Part shown: piece by piece, positions 1 to 15,184 of the stretch
How the letters are laid out: each line of letters begins with the position of its first letter
Position numbering within the stretch: position 1 is the first letter of the stretch
Source: the human T2T-CHM13v2.0 reference genome, Homo sapiens
Strand: one strand, 5' to 3'
DNA: 64,000 nucleotides
NCBI RefSeq assembly: GCF_009914755.1
Contig: NC_060925.1
Translations under genes and position numbers: made by a program
Notes under the pieces: model-generated
What the model was told of the DNA's origin: nothing
The model's database searches: none
Seen by the model: only the letters and a program-made list of their open reading frames with translations

Positions 1-1600
1 CTATTTGGGCTCCTTTTTGGTTCCATATAAATTGTAAAATAGTTTTTTCTAATTCTGTGAAAAATGCCATTGGTAGTTTGACAGAAATAGCATGTAATCT
101 GTAAATTGCTTTGGGCAGTATGGCCATTTTAATGATATTGATTCTTCCTATCTATGAGCATAGAATGGTTTTCCATTTGTGTCATCTCTGATTTCTTTGA
201 GCAGTGTTTTGCAGTTCTCATTGTAGAGATGTTTCATCTCCTTGGTTAACTGTATTCCTAGGTATTTTATTATTTTGGTAGTAATTGTGGGTGGGATTGC
301 ATTCCTGGTTTGGCTGTTGATTTGGATGTTGTTTGTGTATAGGAATGCTATTGATTTTTGTATGTTGATTTTGTATCCTGAAACTTTACTAAAGTTATCA
401 GATCAAGGAGCTTTTGGACAGAGGTTATGTGGTTTTCTAGATCTAGAATCATATTGCCTATAAACAGTAATAATTTGACTTCCTCTCTTCCTATTTGGAT
501 GTCTTTTCTTTCTCTTGCCTGATTGCTCTCACCAGGATTTCCAATACTACGTTGAATAAGAGTGGTGTGAGAGATGGCATCCTTGTCTTATGCCAGCTTT
601 CAAAGGGAATGTTTCCAGCTTTTGCCCATTCAGTATGGTGTTGGCTGTGGGTGGCTATAAATGGCTCTTAATATTTTGAGGTATATTCCTTCAATGCCTA
701 GTTTGTTGAGGGCTTTTCACAGGAAGGGATGTTGAATTTTATCAAACACTTTTGCTGTATCTATTGAGATAATCATGTGGTTTTCGTTTTTAGTTCTGTT
801 TATGTGATGAATCACACTTATTGATTAGCATATGTTGAACCAACTTTGCATCCCAGGGATAGAGCCTACTTGACTATGGCGGATTAGCTTTGAGATGTGC
901 TGCTGGATTTAATTTGCTAGTATTTTGTTGCAAAATTTTGCACCTATGTTCATCAAAGGTATTGGCCTGACGTTTTCTTTTTGTTGTGTCTCTGCCAGGT
1001 TTTGGTATCAGAATGATGCTGGCCTCATAGGAAAAACTGGGAATTAGTCCCTGCTCCTCAATTTTTTAGAACAGTTTCAGTAAGAATGGTATCAGCCCTT
1101 CTTTATACATCTGGTAGAATTCGGCTGTGAATCCATCTGGTCCTGGGCTTTTTTTTTGGCTGTAGGCTTTTTATTAGCAACTCAATTTCTGAACTCATTA
1201 TTGGTCTGTTCATGGATTCAGTTTCCAAGTAACTGTATGGTTTTGTGTGATTTTCTTAGTATTGATTTCTATTTTTATTGCACTGTGGTCTGAGAATGTG
1301 GTTGTTTCTATTTTTTCAAAATTTCTGAGTATTTTTTATGTCCAGTTGTGTGGCTGATTTTGGAGTATGTGCCATGTTGTGATGAGAAGAATGTGTATTA
1401 TTCTCACATTCTTTTGGGGTGGAGAGTCCTGTAGCTGTCTATTAGGTCCATTTGGTCGAGTGTTGGCTTCAGGTCCTGAATATCTCTGATAATTATCTGC
1501 CTTGATGATCTGTCTAATATGGTCAGTAGGGTGTTGAAGTCTCCCACTTATTGTGTGGGAATCCAAGTCTCTTTGTAGCCTCTAAGAACTTGCTTTATGA
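1..1600 (-). mobile_element. LINE-1 ORF2 fragment (L1PA/PB-age), antisense, internally deleted
   Basis: Typical antisense L1 ORF2 text (ttccaatactacgttgaataag, gagataatcatgtggttt, gaattcggctgtgaatccatctggtcctgg); junction near 1230. Confidence 0.9.
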
Positions 1601-1872
1601 GAGATGTGCAAATCTTGTGTTCACTTGGACACATAGAGGCTATTGTAGGTTAGATCTCAGGGGATAGGGAAGCCTGAGGAGAGAGAGATGGGGGCACAGC
1701 TGATTGGTAGAGCATACAGAGCACATTCATCAATTAAGTTTGCCATCTTATATGGGTGCTGTTCGTGATGCCCCAAAATAATTACAGTAGTAACATCAAA
1801 GATCACTGATAACAGATCACCATAACAGATATAATAATAATGAAAAAGTCTGAAATATTGTGAGAATTACCT
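1600..1872 (+). mobile_element. Tigger1-like DNA transposon 3' fragment
   Basis: acatcaaagatcactgataacagatcaccataacagatataataataatgaaaaag. Confidence 0.8.
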
Positions 1873-4724
1873 TTATCAAGCTTTGGCATGATATTATCCT
1901 AATTTTATTAATATATTTAAAGTATTATTTCTTGTGTAAATATCTTTAAAACAGTTCTAAAATAATTTATTATATATAATATTTAAAATTTATAGTAAAA
2001 AATGCTGAGGCTAAGGGCATGAATGAAAGTGATGAAATAAGAATGTCACAACATTTTATTGCATTCCAAGAGTAAATGTAATAACTCAGGAATATGTAGC
2101 TATATAATACTTCAGTTTACATTCAATTGATATTATGGTCATTCAAAGGATCTGGAATGATTTAAATCCTGGTGAAAAGAAATGGAATGCCATCTCATTG
2201 CCTTTCCAATTTCTAACTTTCAGAATTATGTGGGAGGTATGTGGCATATTTATGTATATTAACTCAATATGCATATCTGTAACATAAATTTTCTATATAC
2301 TGACATGTATGTTCAAAGGCGAGAGAAAAATTTGTGTTCCATTCTTTACTGGAAATCAGAACACATTAAAATAAATGCTTATTAGGTAAATGTTGTAAGT
2401 TTAATGGTTTGTTGCAACTATCATTTAAGCATCTCTATGTATCAGACACTTTCCATACATCATCTCACTTAATTAGCATCATTACACAGATGAGGCCCAG
2501 AGAGATAAAATTATATGCTTGAAAGCATAAGCTTCAACTCGCTGGCAGTCAGTCCTCAAAAACAGGCTCATTTAACTCCCGAAACTATGCTATTTTGCTC
2601 CACATTTTGCTCCACAGTGCTGCCTCTAAATATGTCCTACTCCAATACCAGGACATACTTTGGCTGCTAGGGATCATTTCAAATATCTATATTTGAGTAT
2701 GGAATGTCTGGGACTATGTGTAAACCGTAACAGCCATAGATTTTCTTGTTATACAGGTACCTGTTAATCACTGAGAACCAAGAAAACTCATTGTGAAATA
2801 CCAGATATGAGAAACTACATTTTCAGTAGACTTGAAAGCTGCACAAAGTATGGCAGAAACTCATACTTTTACAGGCTTATTTAGGCACTTTCAAAAGAGT
2901 GCTGTTAAAAATTAAAGGTATTTCATTTATTCTGACATGCCAGATAGGAGAGCACGTCTGCTTTCTTTCTCAGAGCTCTCAACAGTCTCACCAAAACCAG
3001 AGGCAGATTTGAGATTAAGATCAGATGTTCTCCAGGTAACATTAATCTATCCATCACTCAATTCTGAGTCAAAGCAACAGTATGACACAGACTCCTAAAC
3101 TTGTGTCAGCTCCAACGTGCTCTGAGCCAGGTACAACAGCTTTGCTCCATGCAGTAGCGGGTGGAACCTTTGGACATGAAACTGTCATATTCATAGAAAA
3201 GATGCAGGGGAAGTTTCTGCTTGGTTCATGTCATAATAGAATCATTTGTTTTGCCCAAACAAGTTGATTTATTTAGGGATTTATTGGTTTACCCTGGCCA
3301 AACACGTTGATCAAACCTGCTCTGAGCCCAGCAGAAATAGGCCATGCAGTTTAACAGTAATAGAGACAAAAATAAAACTTGTTTGAAGTCAGGTAGCTTG
3401 ACTAATCACGGAAGGAATTTGTTCTACACTTGCACACACCCTTCATCACAACTTGCACTTAGACTCTTTCGTCAATTTAAAATTAAGAATGGCAGAGACT
3501 TTCCATTACAGATGGTTTAGTCGGTTCTTTTAAAAGTATCTCATGACAGAGTTAAATATAGATCAAAATCACGTCAATATATAGTTACCAAGTTACGTAC
3601 AAGCACTATGCTTTAAAGAGAAAAACAACAAAAAAGAAAAAAGGCATCTCCTATATTTAGGGGGTTGGTACAGGTGCTTGGTCTTTCTATGAAGCCCTAT
3701 TTCAAAGAGTATAAATCCATGGTGCTCTTTTAAGAGACAAACTTAACTTCTAAATAATTATAGCTTTCTAGGTATCTTTCATCCAAAACACAATGTTTGA
3801 CAATCTAGTTTATTTTTGAAACCGGAGAAGAGAAAAAGGCCTAGAAAATTTGTCTCCTGACAAGAAAGTGACTAGCGCAGTCTGCTGGCTCCATCTCACC
3901 AAGTCAGAAATGAAAGCAAAGCAAGGATTTGATGACTCAACATAAAAATCATGAGAAACCTCTGTACAGACTAAAGGATTCATTATCTCGTGTGAGGAAG
4001 GGGATGGCCAGCGGAGGCCTCAGCCTGGTGAGGAGAATGGCCTGGGGTGAAGGGCCACTGAAGGAAAAGGCATAAACGTAAGGACCGGCTTTTAAATTCT
4101 AACCCTGCTTCTCTCCCACATTGCCCTGGGAAGACCATCATGGAAGCAATCGCTGGCCAGCTGGTATCTCAGGATAATACTAGGGCAGCCTCGAAGGCCT
4201 GCGCGGGTGAGGAGAGGTACTGATGAAAACAGAAGCTAACTGATCAGACTTTCTCAAACACTCACACCTGCACTCCCTCCCTCACCAACCACCAAGACTT
4301 GCGCATTACACTCTAAGTAGAGTGTCTCTTCCCAGTGCGGGGTCTGTTACTCGAAGAGCAAATCCCTGATCAAAGGAGTTTGTCTGTGTGGTGGCAAGAA
4401 GCAGGGCTGAGACCAGCCCCTTCCTGATCCCTGGGGCTCTCTGCCCTGAGGCTCATCTTTTATTACTTTACAGTCACCAAGAGGAACACAAACTAGGCCC
4501 TGGGCTTTGGCCCTTCCTAATTGGAAAAACAACAAAACTGAATTGCATACACTACTTGAATTTTGAAAGCAGAATTATTGGTACAGATAGGCTCTGAATT
4601 TAAAAATAAGCAACAAATATCCTCACGGAAGATATTAGTAATATGAAGCTGGTACAAAAGGTCAAAGAAAGAACAAGTAGAAATAATAGGTGTGAACAAT
4701 ATAATAAAGAACACAATAGATAAT

Positions 4725-4935
4725 AATAATAACTAGCATTTATATATTATTTACTATGTACCAGGTAATGGTCTATGTGCATTCATATACAGTACCAATA
4801 CATTTAGCTCCCACGACAATCCTCCAAGGAAGGTACTATTATTATTTGTACTTTTCACATGAAAGAATTGAGGCACAAAGAGGTTAAGTAAATTGCCCAA
4901 GGGGAAGCTAGGATTTAAACACAGATATCGTGGTT
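4725..4935 (-). mobile_element. MIR SINE
   Basis: MIR core reverse: gaggcacaaagaggttaagtaaattgcccaag. Confidence 0.75.
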
Positions 4936-5230
4936 CTGTGAAACAAATAGCAGATGGATACAGCCAAAGCAGGAATTAGTAAGCAAGATAAATAGAAGGG
5001 AGAGGAAGATAAAGGTAAGTGAAATGAAGTGTAGAAGTGCCAACATCTGGAAAATAAGAGAAAAGAAACAAACTAAGGGGATAAAATATTTGAAGCTAAT
5101 GGTGGTAAATTCCGCAAAATTAAAGATGGAAGTCTCGAGATTTAAAGGGCTCAGAGAAGGCTAAAGAGGAGAGATAAGGAAAAACCTATACCTAGACATA
5201 ACACAATGAAATGTAAGAATAGCTAAGATA

Positions 5231-5634
<404 letters not shown>

Positions 5635-5700
5635 TTAAAGATAGTCTCGGGCATACAACAGGTTTGTCACACAAAAAGTTATTTAAAAAATATTACTGGA

Positions 5701-6213
<513 letters not shown>

Positions 6214-6571
6214 TCAGTTGGGTTAAGAAAAGGACAATTATCATAAGAAAAAAAGTAACAAAAGGGTAGCACTTAAACCAACAGAAGAAAATTTGATCCA
6301 ACCAATGAAATATAAGAAAGAAAATTTGATCCAACCAATGAAATATAAAAAGACAGTTGTAGGCTGAGTGCAGTGGCTCATACCTCTAATCCCAGCACTT
6401 TGGGAGGCCAAGACGGGTGGATCCCTTACCTGGCCAACAGAGTGAGATCCTTTCTCAAAATCAATAATTAATCAATCAATAAAAAAAAATTTTTAAATAA
6501 TGAAGTGAAAACTGTTACTAAAGAAAAAGAATTTCATGGTTAAAGGAAAAACAGTTCAGTTTAACAGGAAT

Positions 6572-6595
6572 ACACACACACACACACACACACAC
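6572..6595. repeat. (CA)n microsatellite
   Basis: acacacac... run. Confidence 0.9.
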
Positions 6596-6789
6596 TTCAT
6601 GGGCTAATTATTTTGGTGATAAATTCCACCGACATTTCAGGAAGAAGTAATGTTAGTTTTACACAAATTCATCCAGAGAAATAAGATATGGAAAGAAGAA
6701 CCACTCCCCAATTTGTTCTTATGAAGATACCCAAACTCGAAAAAAGACATCCAAAAAAAAAAAGAGAACAAAGAAAAATTAAGGGACAC

Positions 6790-7080
6790 TTTTTTGTTTT
6801 TGGAGACAGGGTTTCATTTCCGTCACCCAGGCTGGAGTGCAGTGGCATGATCTTGGCTCACTGCAGCCTCAACCTCCCTGACTCAAGCCATGCTCCCACC
6901 TCAGCCCCCCAGGAGCTGGAACTATAGGCCGAAGACACCACGCAGCTAATTTTTGTATTTTTTGTAGAAACAAGGCTTTGCCATGTTGCCCAAGCTGATC
7001 TTGAACTCCTGAGCTCAAGCGTTCTACCCACCTTGGCTCCCAAAGTGCTGGGATTACAGGAGTTAGCCACTGCGCCCGCC
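6790..7080 (-). mobile_element. AluJ
   Basis: Antisense dimer with cagcctcaacctcc and gagctcaagc J-type features. Confidence 0.88.
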
Positions 7081-8298
7081 AACACTCTCTTTTGTAAAGA
7101 CAAATGCAAAAATCAAGACTTGTCATAAATTGTATGTCCATAGCCTATACTGTTTAAATTACTTTAACTTTATAGTAAGTCTTGATGTTTAATACAGCAA
7201 ATGTTAAACCAAGCTTTCACTACAGAAATAAACAGAAATTTATAGGCGCTCATTATCCTTTTAGACAAAGTTGTATTTGCTTTGCTATTGTTTTTGTTTA
7301 GGATTTTTGCAACTATTTCACAAACAGAAACAAAAATATTTAAATTGTTAATAGAAATTTCAGTTTTCTTTAGTCTCTGGCTACTCCAAGTACTGTTGCT
7401 GTGAATGTTCTTTTATGAGACTCTTGGTGCGTGAATGTACCAAGAGTGAAACTGCTAGGTCATGAGACATGCACAGGTTCAACTTCAACAGATAATGACA
7501 AAATGTTTTACAAAGTGATTGAACTTCATTTGCAGAGGTCACATGGGCCTAGATGGTCACAGGTAATGACATTTTGCCATTGTGTACTGTGTGTGGGCTG
7601 CTATCTTCTCATCTTGGAATGTAAAACAGGACTCTCTTTTGCTTTCATCTTTTCCTCATGACCAACTCTGTGTTCTCCATAGTTCCCTGTGATTCACTTT
7701 GTGGTTACAATTTCTGAATCAGTTAAAGTTCTTGTGCAGCAAGCAATAGAAATGGACTCTAACTTAGGTAATAAGAAAGAATTTATTTGAGGTTCTGACG
7801 AGCAACCAGCATCAAAATTAATGATGAACAATGAGTCCTTGGGGAGAACAGGAACCAGTGCAGTTTCAGGGATTTTATCCTTGGGAAGTCAAGCAAATGA
7901 CTCAGCTACAATCATTTTTCCTCCTAGGGTGTGTCTGTTTTAAAGCCAAATTTCATGAGAGATAATAGATTGATTTAGGATTATATGGCATAGAGAAGAA
8001 CAAATGCCTAAAGGAAATAATACTGGGCATGGCAAAACAACATATTACATAATATAATAATATAATAACATCTAATAATACATTCTAATATAAGCACTTT
8101 TGGAAAAATAAAAAAAAAACAAAATGGGGAAGATAGGAACCTACCATGTCCCACTAACGAAAGATATTCACTGTTATTATTTTTCTAAATAATGTTTCCT
8201 CAATAGATTAGGAAAGCTGCCATAGACAATTTGGAACAATTCAAATGTATACAGAAAATTGAAAATGCCAGTAAATATGTAGATATAAACAATCTTTA

Positions 8299-8714
<416 letters not shown>

Positions 8715-9654
8715 CTAGGTGGGAGGATCACTTGAGGCCAGGAGTTTGAGACCAGCCTGTGCAATATAACGAGTCCCTGTCTCCACAAACAATTTTTTAA
8801 AATGAATTAAATTAAAAAAATTTTTAATCACAACCATAATACATGCTGGGTTACACTGCAAAAATATATACAATATAAAGCAAACATCTATAATTCTGAC
8901 TCTCAGAAAGAATCACTGTTGAAAGTTTTTTTCCATCCTTTCTTTTTATGCATATATTGTTACTATTTTAATGAAAATTGGATTCTATTTTTCTTACATT
9001 AAATACTATCTTACTTTTATGCCACTGAACTCTCTTATCTTGAAAGCATCTCCATGTTAGTACATACAGTTCTAACCTCATTCTTTTAACAGCCCTATAT
9101 TATCCTACTGAATGAATATACCATAATTTGCTGAAATAATCCTACTGATGGACATTTGTTTCAGGTTTTTCACTATTCCTATTTCAGTGAAAAATCCTTG
9201 GCCATATATTATGCTGACTTGTGTTTCTGAATCAGTATTTCCATAAAATGCACATATTTAATAGATTGATATCATGGCATAGGTGAACTTACGTCTTGCT
9301 TTATAAGTTTGCATATCACAAACTTCTCAAATGTTATCAAAATCTGAATAATTATATTAACTCATAAACCCTGTATTAATATTTCATTTCATACAGGTGT
9401 CATGAGTTAATATAATTATTCCCACATTTGAGAGTTTTAAGTTGTTCTCAAGTATGATTAAGAGAAGTAATGCTTCATTGAATATTTCTGTATCTAAAGC
9501 TTTATTTGCATCTCAATAATTTTAGGGGAGATTCCTGGGAGTGAAATGGTTGGAACAAATATTAAGAACATTAAAACAAACTTTTTTTATATACTTTAAG
9601 TTCTGGGGTACATGTGCAGAACGTCTAGGTTTATTACATTAAAACAAACTTTTA

Positions 9655-10200
9655 AAAATTTTAGATTCGGGGGTATATGTGCAGATTTGTTACATGGATA
9701 TATTGGGTAATGGTGAAGTTTGGGCTTCTAGTATACCCATCATCCAAACAGAGAACATTGTATCTAACAGGTAATATTTTAAACTGTCACTCTCCTTCTA
9801 CCCTTCTACCTTTGGAGTCCCCAGTTTCTATTACTTCCATCTTTATGGCCATGTGTACCCATTGTGTAGCTCCCACTTATAAGAACATGCAGTATTTGAT
9901 TTTCTGTTTCTGAGTTACTTCACTTAGGATGATGGTCTCCAGCTGCATCCATGTTGCTAAATAGGACATGATTTTATTCTTTTTTTGGCTGCATAGTATT
10001 CCGTGGTGTATATGTACCACACTTCCTTTATCCAGTCAACCATTGATGGACACTTAGGTTGATTCTGTGACTTTGCTATCATGAATAGTGCTGCAATAAA
10101 CATACGAATGCAGGCCTTATTTAATATAATGATTTCTTTTCCTTTGGGTAGATGCTCAGTAGTGGGATTGCTAGGTCAAATGGTAGTTTTATATATGAAT
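9655..10200 (-). mobile_element. L1 3' end (L1PB/L1MA-age), antisense
   Basis: ctcccacttataagaacatgcagtatttg, catccatgttgc, gatggacacttaggttgattc. Confidence 0.88.
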
Positions 10201-10295
10201 TTTTTAAGGCTCTTGACATATATTTACAAATTACTTTGCAAAATGGTTGTAGAATTTGGATTCCATTCACCAATATGTGTGCATGTATTGCTTGA

Positions 10296-10600
<305 letters not shown>

Positions 10601-11479
10601 CAGATTATACTGTTAATATCATTTTCTGTGCATAGCAAAAAACATAAGTATGATTATACTGTACCATTTATTCACTTAGTGTAGTAATATAAAAATTTGC
10701 CAATATGTTTCAAGTTCTTGGTAAATTTTTTTTCATATTATACCACATAGACCATGATTTTGTTCATGTCTTTATTGTTGATATTTAGACAATTTCTTGA
10801 TTTGCTGTTACAAATGATGGAACTCTGAACATCTGAAGACATTTAAAAATGTTACTTTAAGTTAGCATGATTCTCTTGATAAGTGGACCAAAGCAAAGTG
10901 GACTGAATTCTTGCACAAAGCTGTTGAGCCGACAGCCTCGACATAAGAAATGAGTATGTTCTGGTATCCCTGTGAGGTAAAAGTAAACTACTTCTGATGT
11001 TCTTTTCTTATTTATGGAAAGAAAAATGAACCAGTTAGATCAATGGCTATAATTTCAGATGCTGGGGGCTGTGCTGATTTACTTGCGAAAAGAGACTCTA
11101 CCTAGAACACCTGCAAATGGAATCACTGCCTAATTAACACTCTCACTGTCCAAGACTCATTTTGCACTGGCCAAAGAAGGAAGTGAAACAGGGATGTGCT
11201 AAGAATAGTCGTTCCTGTTTCTTACAAGTCTTTGATGATGGTAATAGCCTCACATTTCTCTAGGAATGTAGTATTGCTTTGGCTTTGCCTTTTGATAGGA
11301 AGAGCTTCAAAGATTTCCACTTGGTCCTTCCTACAATTATAGTATATATTTCACAGATCAGAAGGTCAAAGTGAAAATTCTGCCAATTGTTGAGGACTTG
11401 TATTCCAACTATATATTTATTTATTCAGGAAGTGACAATATAATGGGCTAAGAGTCCCATTGAGCGCACCATGAGGCAT

Positions 11480-14150
11480 ACAAAAAACAAAACAACAACC
11501 CTGTTCATCACCTAATCCCAATAAACTCCCACACTTACCAGTTGACCATAGTAGCTTCCTGGATCCCAGTTAGTCTGTGCCATAATAACCCTGGTAAATG
11601 AACACAAATCCCTAAGTGGAAGCCTAGGAGGATAATTTAAAGAATGCACTAGTGATGTTATTGCTGGTGTCTTCTTCAAGAGTATCTTACCATGCTTTTT
11701 CTTCAAAGATCTCTAAGTCCTGAATTTATTCAGGAGGAGAATTAGATGAGGGACAGTGTTGTTCAACCAAGGAGGCTTACGTGAGGCTCTATCTGCTAGG
11801 AACTTAGTGGGCAGTTTGGTCCTAGGATCTATGTGATCTAGAACCATTTTGATTATTATTCTTACCCTGCTGTCTATTATAATAACCATGCCCACCTTGC
11901 TTTTTAAGTTATTATCCCATAAACCCCATTGAAACCAAAGAGCCCATTTCAATGGCAGAATCAACTATTTGTACCCCCAGACTACTAAAAAGAGTTCTCT
12001 TACTGGACATAGTTAGTGATGGCTGAGTAGACATATTTGATAAATCCATTCTAACATTCCCATATTCCTTCCTGTGTTTAGTAGAAAGAAATTTCTTGCA
12101 ACATTATTACATTTTGTTTTTGGTTACCATTGAGTCCTGTTTTTAGATAATAGAATACATAAACTACTAAAATCACTCCTATCTGCTTGAACGCCTTTCG
12201 ATAAAGGTGTTCGATCTTAAATGATTCCCCTTTCCCTCGTCTAACACTCTAAGAATGCATTATCGTTGATATTCTTCAGGTTCTTGCCATATAAATAAAC
12301 AAAATTGTTTTGTTTTATGAGCCTTCTTCTTCAGAGTTTGACTTTATAATTGGCCTTCGTGTGCCTGATGCAATTGGCCCTAATTGTAGATACAAAGGCA
12401 AATTAGTAGCGATAGAAATGGGGCATGAGACAATTTGGCCACCTCCTACAAAGTAAGTGTCTGAGGCAAGGTCGTGATAAGATCTTCAAGCAAAACAAGA
12501 ATAGTCTCACTAGATATGTGGGTTGGGAAATTCCAGCTTGCAAGGAATGTGCAGTGGAGTTTGGAATAATCTGTCACCCAAATTCTCCTCTTTCCTCATT
12601 TCAATTCTCAGGGTATTTCAATCTATCCCAATCACTGCACTAATTTTGAATGAGATCTGGTGATGCTGTAAATACAACTTACTCTTCAATTTTACAGTCC
12701 ACAGGTTCAAATTTTGAGTTTGATTTTGTTACTTCATTTCTGAGGCTAGTAACCTAAACGTTCTCTTAGCAGTTAAAGACAGCCCTTGGTTTTCTGTTTG
12801 GAGCCAATAATTTTTATCTTAAGCCTGTCATTATCTTTCTTTAAAGTTTGGCAGCACTTAAGGAACCATGCCACTTGTCCCCCAAAACCTTCCTTCAGGC
12901 ACTTCATTACAGTTGGCATAGGAAATAACAATAACTCTTTTGCCTCTATATGCTATAATCTACCTGAGAAACACTCTCTTTGAATCCTCAGTGTCTTCAG
13001 ATCCAACTAAGCTCAATAATCACTTCCTTGAGGATCTGTGCCCTGAAACTCTTCTTCATAACACTTTCTGTACCAATTAAGAGTTTTTCATTGCAACTAT
13101 ACACTCCTTTATAACTAGTTTATCAGAAAAGGAATTTATTCAGGGATTTGAACTGATCTAAATGGAAAAAGTAATTTTGATAAAAGGAAGATGCTGTTTA
13201 CCCAACTACAACTTTTGAAATCCATTCATGTGACTTTATACATAGAGATTATTCTGAAAATGCAGCTGTTGGCTCCCCCTCTCCCGCAAAAATGGCAAAA
13301 CAAATTTATGAAGTAAAGTCCACTCCTCATTGCTAATTTCCTTAAAGGCTAACACGCTCCTACCTGACTCTGTTTCCATTAGCATTTAAAAATTTCTATG
13401 AAAGTCATCAGTGAGGTCCTTAACTCTCTGTATCTATCAGTTATCTACATGCAGATATCTTTTTCTTTTTGTCTTCTGTTCAATCCAAAGTTTATGATAT
13501 CTACTCTTGGGCACCTGGAGAGGTTCAACTTCTTAGAAAATTCCTCTTTTGAAGGGAATTTTTATACCACTCAATGGAAACAGAAATAAAAATATCCCAA
13601 ATGTTACCACAAGCCACTGTTCCCAGAGTTCAAGATCCTCTTAGTTCATTTCTACCCTAGTTCACAGTCAATATTTTCTCCATAATTATGGACAAACAGC
13701 AAATGTAACAACCACCATTATACCACAGATACAATTGCATAGTAAAGAAAAGGAAAAAAATATTAATGTAAGATGCAGCAGGCAAAGAAATAGAGGTAGA
13801 GCCTATAGCTCTTTGTACAGCTGGTCTTGAGGCTGTAACTGGTATTTTCCTCTCCTACCACCTATTCCTTGTTTTGCCTATCTTTCGTTCACACTGAAGC
13901 TGGTTGAAGTTCTTTGCCTGATAAGGCAATGCACACCTTTATTTCTTGGGGCTTGAATCCTTAGTGGTTCTGTCTGTGATGGGTTGCTATAGTCAGCTGA
14001 TAATTTTCACCACTGCACATGGTGTACAACAAAGGACCCCTGGGGATCTCTTGTGATCCAGCTGTACTTCTCCCAGCTTCTATTGTGAAACAGCGATCCT
14101 GTTTCCTTTCCTTTTGGTAGCCAAGGTCAGTTAGCAGGTGTCTCCCTGCT
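11480..14150 (-). mobile_element. Degenerate ERVL-class endogenous retrovirus remnants (gag/pro 11480-13080; probable LTR about 13080-13665; pol 3' end 13670-14150)
   Basis: Minus-strand translations resemble ERVL gag-pro (EMGSLVSMGFMG...KQGGHGYYNRQQG; LPLRDLCSFTRV) and the ERVL pol-end nucleotide pattern (gcaacccatcacagacagaaccactaaggattcaagcccc); aattggtaca internal-start motif near 13078. Confidence 0.6.
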
Positions 14151-14171
14151 GCGAAGCCCCCACTGCCCCGC

Positions 14172-14402
14172 ACAGGGTTTCTTAGTTTCTTAGCTGCTAC
14201 GCTATTGACATTTTTGGACTGAAAAATTCTTTGTTGTTTGTGGGAGGTTGTCCTGTGCATTGTAAAATGTATCCTTGGCTTTTATTCACTAGATATTAGT
14301 AGCAACCCTAGTCCCACTCCCCAGTTATGACAGCTAAAAAGGTCCCCAGACATTGCCAAACATCTTCTGAGAGGAAAATCACCTTTTGCTGAGAACCACT
14401 GG
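14172..14402 (+). mobile_element. MER20 DNA transposon
   Basis: ctattgacatttttggac...tgtcctgtgcattgta...ccagacattgccaaa...gagaaccactg. Confidence 0.85.
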
Positions 14403-14855
14403 GTTAGTGGTTTGAAGATCCCTAAAGGGACAAATGAGGTTCTCAAGCCAGTGTTCCTTCGTGAATGCTCTTCTCCTTTGTTCTATCACTTCTTCACCAG
14501 CAAAGCCTATGCTTGGAATGGTGAAGTTCCTTCAAATTGCAGCCATACCAGGACTATTGAAGGGCAATTTACCAGGAGAGTATGAAAGGGGTGATTCATT
14601 CAAGGAAGGGATGCTAAGCAGACTTGCATATTAAGCAATAAATTTGTCATGGAAAACTCGAGCTCTATAGAGAGGAAGGAAAAATATCACCATACCCCAA
14701 TATTAAAAAACATTGTTAATATTTTTCTAAATAATGCTTCCACCTTTATTATAATGTATACTTATTGTAAACAATTTGGAAAACAAAAATGAAAATAACA
14801 TTTCTCATAATTTTATCATCAGAAAAATACACATTTAACATTAAGATATATTTGC

Positions 14856-15184
<329 letters not shown>

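Noticed and set aside
7083-7410. AT-rich non-Alu segment that looked like a retrocopied 3' UTR or snoRNA
   Set aside because: No poly(A) tail with TSD, box motifs or recognisable parent could be established by eye; it adjoins old L1-like sequence
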